DNA from: an uncultured Pelagibacteraceae bacterium
Lineage (GTDB): Bacteria > Pseudomonadota > Alphaproteobacteria > Pelagibacterales > Pelagibacteraceae
Direction of reading: 5' to 3'
Assembly: GCA_902534465.1 (NCBI GenBank)
Contig: CACAPU010000004.1
Location: 16,403 to 80,402 of the forward strand
DNA length: 64,000 nt
The notes beneath the pieces were generated by a model. It did not search any database. It was not told where the DNA came from and saw nothing but the letters and a program-made list of their open reading frames with translations. Made by a program: the position numbers and the translations under genes. Within the stretch, counting starts at the first letter, position 1. Every line of letters begins with the position of its first letter. This document shows positions 58,068 through 64,000 of this stretch, piece by piece.

Positions 58068-58084
58068 ACTCAAAAGATCATAAA

Positions 58085-58435
58085 ATGGCTTTATTAGATA
58101 AATCTGATGAGGAAATTATTAAAATAGCCGAACCTATATGGGCAAACCTAGTTAAATCATCAAACATCAAAGATTACGGTGGATTTACAAGAGATTTATC
58201 ATCTCAAATGATGTATGGAGCCAATGAAGTTGAGTTAGGTAAGCAATGGGCAAGCAACAAACTTATTTCAAGTTTAGCAGAAGGATGTAAAGCTATAGGG
58301 TGCTTAAGAAGAGGTCTTTATATTACCATACTTTACAAACAAACTAGCACTGAAATACCAGGAGACTTTTTAGGTAGACTCGTCCTTGGAGATGAAGGAG
58401 ATGAGGTTAAAGTTTTTGGAGCAACAATCTTTTAA
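58085..58435 (+). CDS. Hypothetical NTF2-like protein
   Basis: 116-aa ATG ORF 17 bp after aprA; fold inferred from pattern only. Confidence 0.65.
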   Translation: MALLDKSDEEIIKIAEPIWANLVKSSNIKDYGGFTRDLSSQMMYGANEVELGKQWASNKLISSLAEGCKAIGCLRRGLYITILYKQTSTEIPGDFLGRLVLGDEGDEVKVFGATIF

Positions 58436-58485
58436 ATAATTAAAATATTCTTTGCATTTTATACAACTTGTGGTATCTCGCAAGT

Positions 58486-58632
58486 ATGTTTCAAATAATA
58501 AATCAAAATTTAAAAAAATTACCTTTATTCTTTGAAAATCAATTAAGTAAAATAATCAAATCATTTTTATATCTTTTTATATTCTTTGCTTGGGGTATTA
58601 TAATTTTAAGCACGGCTCAAAATTTTATATAA
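58486..58632 (+). CDS. Putative small membrane protein (48 aa), not in ORF track
   Basis: MFQIINQNLKKLPLFFENQLSKIIKSFLYLFIFFAWGIIILSTAQNFI; fills a gap of about 250 bp. Confidence 0.4.
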   Translation: MFQIINQNLKKLPLFFENQLSKIIKSFLYLFIFFAWGIIILSTAQNFI

Positions 58633-58681
58633 AATATTCATATTTATTGACTTTGAACTATTAGAAGAATAGTTACTGCTT

Positions 58682-59767
58682 ATGGAATATTTTCTTCCAA
58701 TTGCACAAGTTGAAATTAATATTTTATACATTTTTGGTTTAAGCTTAGTTGTAGGAATTTTATCAGGATTATTTGGAGTAGGTGGTGGGTTTTTAATGAC
58801 GCCATTTTTAATTTTTATAGGTGTGCCACCAATTTATGCTGTTCCAAATGAAGCAAGCAACATTCTTGGAACCTCTGTTTCAGGTTCTACAACTCATTAT
58901 CTAAAAGGGACACTTGATTATAAAATGGGGTTCATGATTGTAATAGGTGGTATAGTAGGAACGACTCTAGGTATTATAACTTTTTCATATTTTAAAGATA
59001 TTGGGAAAATAAATGTAGTTATTTCTCTTGCTTATATGTACATCCTTGCAATTTTAGGAACCTTTATGTTAATTCAAGGTGTTTCAGAAATTGATAAAGC
59101 TAGAAAAAAAATTACTGAGAGAAAAAAATTACATAAGCACTATTGGATACATGGATTACCTTTAAGAATGCGTTTTAAAAAATCTCAACTTTATGAAAGT
59201 GCGTTCACCCCAATTATAATTGGTTTAATTGTTGGTTTCATAGCAGCAATTATGGGAATTGGAGGTGCTTTTATACTTGTTCCTGCAATGATTTATTTAA
59301 TTGGAATGCCGACAAGGTTGATACCAGGTACATCTCTCTTTGTAACTATCTTTGTAAGTGCAATTGTAACAATTCTTCATGCTTTAAACTATGGAACTAT
59401 AGACTTGATTTTAGTTTTTGTTTTAATCTTAGGGTCAATAATTGGTGTACAGTTTGGACAAAAAATAGGTGAAAAAATTGACAGTTCAGAATTTAAAACT
59501 ATTCTAGCAATTCTTTTACTTTTAGTAGGTATCGCAATTGCTTATGACACTTTTATTAAAGATGAAAATACATTGGATACTGCTGTAAATACAAGTAATA
59601 ATTTTGGAGCTTTAAGTCAATTTATATTAAACTTTTCTGAAGATATGCCAATATTTTATGGTCTTACATCAGTACTATTAGCTGTAGTACTCGGAGTTGG
59701 TGCTGCAATAATTAGAAGAATTTATTCTAATTGGAATGATGCACGTTTAGCAAAATTAAAAAAATAA
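58682..59767 (+). CDS. Sulfite exporter TauE/SafE family
   Basis: SGLFGVGGGFLMTP and MGIGGAFILVP repeats. Confidence 0.88.
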   Translation: MEYFLPIAQVEINILYIFGLSLVVGILSGLFGVGGGFLMTPFLIFIGVPPIYAVPNEASNILGTSVSGSTTHYLKGTLDYKMGFMIVIGGIVGTTLGIITFSYFKDIGKINVVISLAYMYILAILGTFMLIQGVSEIDKARKKITERKKLHKHYWIHGLPLRMRFKKSQLYESAFTPIIIGLIVGFIAAIMGIGGAFILVPAMIYLIGMPTRLIPGTSLFVTIFVSAIVTILHALNYGTIDLILVFVLILGSIIGVQFGQKIGEKIDSSEFKTILAILLLLVGIAIAYDTFIKDENTLDTAVNTSNNFGALSQFILNFSEDMPIFYGLTSVLLAVVLGVGAAIIRRIYSNWNDARLAKLKK

Positions 59768-60934
59768 TTAGGCACTTCTATATAGTTTAGTCATAACAAA
59801 TTCTTTATGACCTAAAGCTTCTGCACAAGTTAATCTTCCATTTGCAACTCTTAGGGTTGATTTAATTAACTCATCTCCTGCTTGACTTAAATTCATCTCT
59901 CTAGATAGAATTTTTGATACATCAACATCAATATGTTCACTCATAGTTTTGGCTGTGAGTGGATTTGCAGTCAATTTGATTACAGGTTCAATCGGATTTC
60001 CGATGATATTTCCTTGCCCAGTTGGAAATAGGTGTATATTAAAGCCACCTGCGGCTTGTAAAGTAACACATTCAGCCGCCGCTGATGAAGTATCCATAAA
60101 GTATAAACCAGCTCCTTTTGTAGGTTCTTCTGCAGGTTCTAAAACATCTATAAATTGACATCCACCAATCTTTTGAAAGTTTCCAAAAGCCTTTTCTTCA
60201 ATTGTAGTTAGTCCACCGGCAATATTACCTGCAGTTGGTTGGCTTTCTGATAGGTCATCAGTTGCCTCTTTAAGAATAAAATCATTGTAATCGTTCCAGG
60301 TTTTTTTGAATTTTGCTTGTGCCTCAGGTGTTTTTCCTCTTTTCTCACAAACTGTTTCAGCACCTGTTAGTTCAGAAGTTTCTCCAAAACATAAATGAAC
60401 ACCTAGCGGCTCTAATTTATCCATAAGGTTGCCAACCGTTGGATTAGAAGCTAATCCAGATGTCGTATCAGATTCTCCACATTTTACTGAAATCCATAAA
60501 TCGCTCATTGGACATTCCTCTCTTTGTTTCTCAGATGCCCACATTGAAAATTCTTGTGCTTTTTTTGATACTTTTGCAATTGTATCTATATCACCAACAC
60601 CTTCTATACTAAAACCTTCAACTGGTTTTCCAGTAGTAGCAATCGCATCAACAATTCTTTTTGTCCATTTGGGCTCAATACCTATAACAATTACTGCTGC
60701 TACATTTGGATTCTTTCCTGTTCCGATCATTGTTCTGAAGTGAAGTTCTAAGTCAGCACCAAATTGTAATCGCCCATAAGAGTGAGGTAAAGCAATAGTG
60801 CCTTTAATATTATTTGCTACTGCTTCAGCACATGCATTTGAAATATCATCGACAGGAAGTATTATTACATGATTACGTGTTCCTGCTCTTCCGTTTTCTC
60901 TTTTATATCCTAAAAAACTTTTTGGAATTTCCAT
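59768..60934 (-). CDS. suyB: (2R)-sulfolactate sulfo-lyase beta subunit (UxaA family)
   Basis: [42 protein letters not shown]; split UxaA pair beside xsc. Confidence 0.88.
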   Translation of the reverse strand: MEIPKSFLGYKRENGRAGTRNHVIILPVDDISNACAEAVANNIKGTIALPHSYGRLQFGADLELHFRTMIGTGKNPNVAAVIVIGIEPKWTKRIVDAIATTGKPVEGFSIEGVGDIDTIAKVSKKAQEFSMWASEKQREECPMSDLWISVKCGESDTTSGLASNPTVGNLMDKLEPLGVHLCFGETSELTGAETVCEKRGKTPEAQAKFKKTWNDYNDFILKEATDDLSESQPTAGNIAGGLTTIEEKAFGNFQKIGGCQFIDVLEPAEEPTKGAGLYFMDTSSAAAECVTLQAAGGFNIHLFPTGQGNIIGNPIEPVIKLTANPLTAKTMSEHIDVDVSKILSREMNLSQAGDELIKSTLRVANGRLTCAEALGHKEFVMTKLYRSA

Positions 60935-60937
60935 ATA

Positions 60938-61225
60938 TTACCACTTTTTTGTTTTTACATTATGAACATGAACGTGCTCACCTTTTTTAATATTTTTTAC
61001 TACTTTCCCAATATCATGTCCGTATTTTAAAATCGTATCCCCTTCATTTAAATCTATCATTGCAATTTTATGACCCAAAGGTATTTCGTCTTTTGATTGT
61101 ATTGATATGGATTTGTCATTCTCCATTATCCAACAGTTACAGACTTGATTTGGTGTTATTTTTTCAATAACCACAACACCTACATTGTCTTTTTCATCAT
61201 GAATTATTATATCTGTATTAGACAT
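60938..61225 (-). CDS. suyA: (2R)-sulfolactate sulfo-lyase alpha subunit (SAF domain)
   Basis: DNVGVVV, IPLGHKIA, KYGHDIG, HVHVHNVKTKKW. Confidence 0.88.
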   Translation of the reverse strand: MSNTDIIIHDEKDNVGVVVIEKITPNQVCNCWIMENDKSISIQSKDEIPLGHKIAMIDLNEGDTILKYGHDIGKVVKNIKKGEHVHVHNVKTKKW

Positions 61226-61316
61226 TGTGACGATTTCTTTGTTTGAAATTTGAACAATCTTATATATTAATCGGACACTTTAACAAATAAAAAAAAGAAT
61301 TAAGAAAGGCTGAACT

Positions 61317-63101
61317 ATGACTAAAATGACAACTGAAGAAGCATTTATAAAAGTTCTTCAAATGCATGGAATTGAACACTCGTTTGGAATTATAGGTTCA
61401 GCTTTTATGGCAATATCTGATTTGTTTCCTAAAGCAGGAATTACTTTTTGGGATGTAGCGCATGAAACTAATGGTGGTTTAATTGCAGATGGGTATACAA
61501 GAGCCACTGGCAAAATGTCAATGGTAATTGCTCAAAATGGGCCAGGTATAACAGGATTGGTTACTCCAATTAAAACCGCTTATTGGAATCATACCCCATT
61601 ACTTCTAGTCACCCCACAAGCTGCAAACAAAACAATGGGTCAAGGTGGTTTTCAGGAAGTTGAGCAAATGAATCTGTTTAAAGATATGGTTTGTTATCAA
61701 GAAGAAGTAAGAGACCCATCTAGAATGGCAGAAGTGTTGAATAGAGTTATAGAAAAAGCATTCAGAGGATCAGCACCAGCACAAATAAATGTGCCTAGAG
61801 ACTATTGGACACAAGTTATTGATATAGAATTACCACCAATTGTTAGATTTGAAAGACAAGGTGGAGGAAAAGAGGCAGTAGATAAAGCTGCAAAACTATT
61901 ATCAGATGCAAAATTCCCAGTTATTTTATCTGGAGCAGGTGTAGTAATAGGCGATGCAATAGAGGATTGTAAAAAATTAGCAGAAAAACTAGATGCACCA
62001 GTTTGTAATGGATATCAGCATAATGATAGTTTTCCTGGTAGTCATCCACTAGCAGTTGGACCGTTAGGATATAATGGTTCGAAGGCTGGTATGGAATTAA
62101 TTTCTAAAGCAGATGTTGTTCTAGCATTAGGAACAAGATTAAATCCTTTCTCAACATTACCAGGATATGGAATTGATTATTGGCCTAAAAATGCGAAAAT
62201 AATTCAAGTAGACATGAACCCAGATAGAATTGGTTTGACAAAAAAAGTGACAGTTGGAATTTGTGGAGATGCAAAAATGGTGTCGCAACAAATTTTAGAA
62301 AAATTATCAACTAACGCTGGAGATAATGGAAGACAAGATAGAAAAAATTTAATCCACCAAACAAAATCTGCATGGTTACAAACTTTGACAAGTTTAGATC
62401 ATGAAGACGATGATCCAGGAACAGTTTGGAACAAAGAGGCAAGAGAAAGAGACTCTGATAGAATGTCACCAAGACAAGCATGGAGAGCTATTCAAGCAGG
62501 GATGCCTGAAGATGTTATTATTTCAAGCGACATAGGAAATAATTGTGCAATTGGTAATGCTTACCCTACATTTGAAAAACCTAGAAAGTATTTAGCACCA
62601 GGTTTATTTGGACCATGTGGGTACGGATTTCCATCTATTTTAGGGGCTAAAATTGGATGTCCGGATACTCCAGTCATAGGTTTTGCTGGAGACGGAGCTT
62701 TTGGAATTAGTATGAATGAGATGAGTTCCTGTGCGAGAGAAGAATGGCCAGCAATTACAATGGTAATATTTAGAAATTATCAATGGGGAGCAGAAAAAAG
62801 AAATTCAATATTATGGTTTGATGATAATTTTGTAGGTACTGAATTAGATCCAGAATTAAGCTATGCAAAAGTTGCAAATGCTTGTGGTTTAAAAGGAGTA
62901 ACAGTAAAAACTATGGAAGAAACTACAAAAGCTATTAAACAATCTTGTGAAGATCAAAAACAAGGCATCACAACATTTATTGAAGTAATTTTAAATCAAG
63001 AATTAGGAGAACCTTTCAGAAGAGATGCAATGAAAAAACCTGTTAAAGTAGCTGGTATAGAAAAATCTGATATGAAACCTCAAAAATCATTAGTAAGCTA
63101 A
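61317..63101 (+). CDS. xsc: Sulfoacetaldehyde acetyltransferase
   Basis: MTTEEAFIKVLQMHG, TAYWNHTP, GDGAFGISM...NYQWGAEKRN, GEPFRRDAM. Confidence 0.95.
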   Translation: MTKMTTEEAFIKVLQMHGIEHSFGIIGSAFMAISDLFPKAGITFWDVAHETNGGLIADGYTRATGKMSMVIAQNGPGITGLVTPIKTAYWNHTPLLLVTPQAANKTMGQGGFQEVEQMNLFKDMVCYQEEVRDPSRMAEVLNRVIEKAFRGSAPAQINVPRDYWTQVIDIELPPIVRFERQGGGKEAVDKAAKLLSDAKFPVILSGAGVVIGDAIEDCKKLAEKLDAPVCNGYQHNDSFPGSHPLAVGPLGYNGSKAGMELISKADVVLALGTRLNPFSTLPGYGIDYWPKNAKIIQVDMNPDRIGLTKKVTVGICGDAKMVSQQILEKLSTNAGDNGRQDRKNLIHQTKSAWLQTLTSLDHEDDDPGTVWNKEARERDSDRMSPRQAWRAIQAGMPEDVIISSDIGNNCAIGNAYPTFEKPRKYLAPGLFGPCGYGFPSILGAKIGCPDTPVIGFAGDGAFGISMNEMSSCAREEWPAITMVIFRNYQWGAEKRNSILWFDDNFVGTELDPELSYAKVANACGLKGVTVKTMEETTKAIKQSCEDQKQGITTFIEVILNQELGEPFRRDAMKKPVKVAGIEKSDMKPQKSLVS

Positions 63102-63165
63102 AGCTAGCTAAGAATATATATATTTTAAATATAACTAAACTTATATATTATTAATCTACATACTT

Positions 63166-64000
63166 ATGGATGTAAAATTAGATAAGTGGTTTAGACCAAA
63201 AATTGACAAAGAAGTTTTAAAAGAACTCACAAAAAAATCTGATCTTAAAGGTCTACTACACGTTAGTGTTTATTTTAGCTTTTTATTAATAACTGGAATA
63301 CTTGCTTGCTATACTTGGGGTACATGGTGGTCAGTATTTTGGTTTTATATTTACGGAAATATTTTTTGCTTTTGTAATCCAATTTGGCATGAAACTGGAC
63401 ATAAGACTGCTTTTAAAACTAAATCTTTAAATGAATTTTTTTACTATATTTCATGCTTTATGGCTTACTTTGAACCAACAAGATGGAGATACACACACTT
63501 TATTCATCATGGGAATACATATTCGACAAAAAATCCATACGATCATGAAATTGAATACGACAACAATTTAAAAGATACACCAAAAAAATTATTAATGAAC
63601 CTAATTCCATTTGGCGAATTATTATTTTTCAAAAAAAGTATTGCTTATGAAGTTATTAAACATGCTTTAGGAATTAAAACTAAAGTTATGATTGATAGCA
63701 TACCAGAGAACGCAAGACCAAGATCAATTTTGATTTCAAGAATTTACGTTATAATTTGGATATCTATAATTACATGGTCTCTATTAATTTCATCTTGGTT
63801 ACCGGTGTTATATCTTTTATTACCTCATTATTATGGAAAAGGTTTACATAAATTTGTAGCATTTACACAACATGCAGGATTAGCAAGAGATGTAAAGGAT
63901 CATAGGTTATCAGCGAGGGATATGAAATTAAACCCAATTTTAAGTTTTCTGTATTGGAAAATGGAGTATCATTGTGTACATCACATGTTCCCAACTGTTC
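63166..64000 (+). CDS. Fatty-acid-desaturase family membrane di-iron enzyme (MocD-like), 3' truncated
   Basis: Manual translation from ATG 63166; His boxes HETGH, HFIHH, HCVHH; runs off the right edge. Confidence 0.85.
   Translation, partial: MDVKLDKWFRPKIDKEVLKELTKKSDLKGLLHVSVYFSFLLITGILACYTWGTWWSVFWFYIYGNIFCFCNPIWHETGHKTAFKTKSLNEFFYYISCFMAYFEPTRWRYTHFIHHGNTYSTKNPYDHEIEYDNNLKDTPKKLLMNLIPFGELLFFKKSIAYEVIKHALGIKTKVMIDSIPENARPRSILISRIYVIIWISIITWSLLISSWLPVLYLLLPHYYGKGLHKFVAFTQHAGLARDVKDHRLSARDMKLNPILSFLYWKMEYHCVHHMFPTV

Overview
An AT-rich, densely packed alphaproteobacterial window that looks like SAR11/Pelagibacter: very short intergenic spaces and the tauABC-aminotransferase-ald, thiV-rseP-HU-amtB and aprMBA gene blocks. 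Organosulfur metabolism dominates. It includes a betaine/DMSP-type ABC transporter, HpsN (DHPS dehydrogenase), SuyAB, TauABC/Tpa-like/Ald/Xsc/Pta, AprMBA, a TauE-type exporter, a persulfide dioxygenase and a rhodanese. Two catabolic modules have no known substrate. The first (7.9-18 kb, next to hpsN) is a sugar-type ABC importer with two tandem SnoaL/NTF2 proteins, a cupin, a MetE-like Zn enzyme and a HAD protein lacking its catalytic Asp. The second (22.9-29.7 kb) is a TRAP transporter opposite an aldehyde dehydrogenase, epoxide hydrolase and Ldh_2 operon. Other candidates are a tandem winged-helix protein paired with a small membrane protein across a 32-bp-period operator repeat, an unannotated 27-aa Lys/Arg-rich ORF, a three-way-junction RNA structure upstream of a compact TPP riboswitch, and a HIT protein beside aprMBA that may substitute for Sat. 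No rRNA, tRNA, CRISPR array or mobile element was recognised. All calls come from motif reading and recall; no searches were run.
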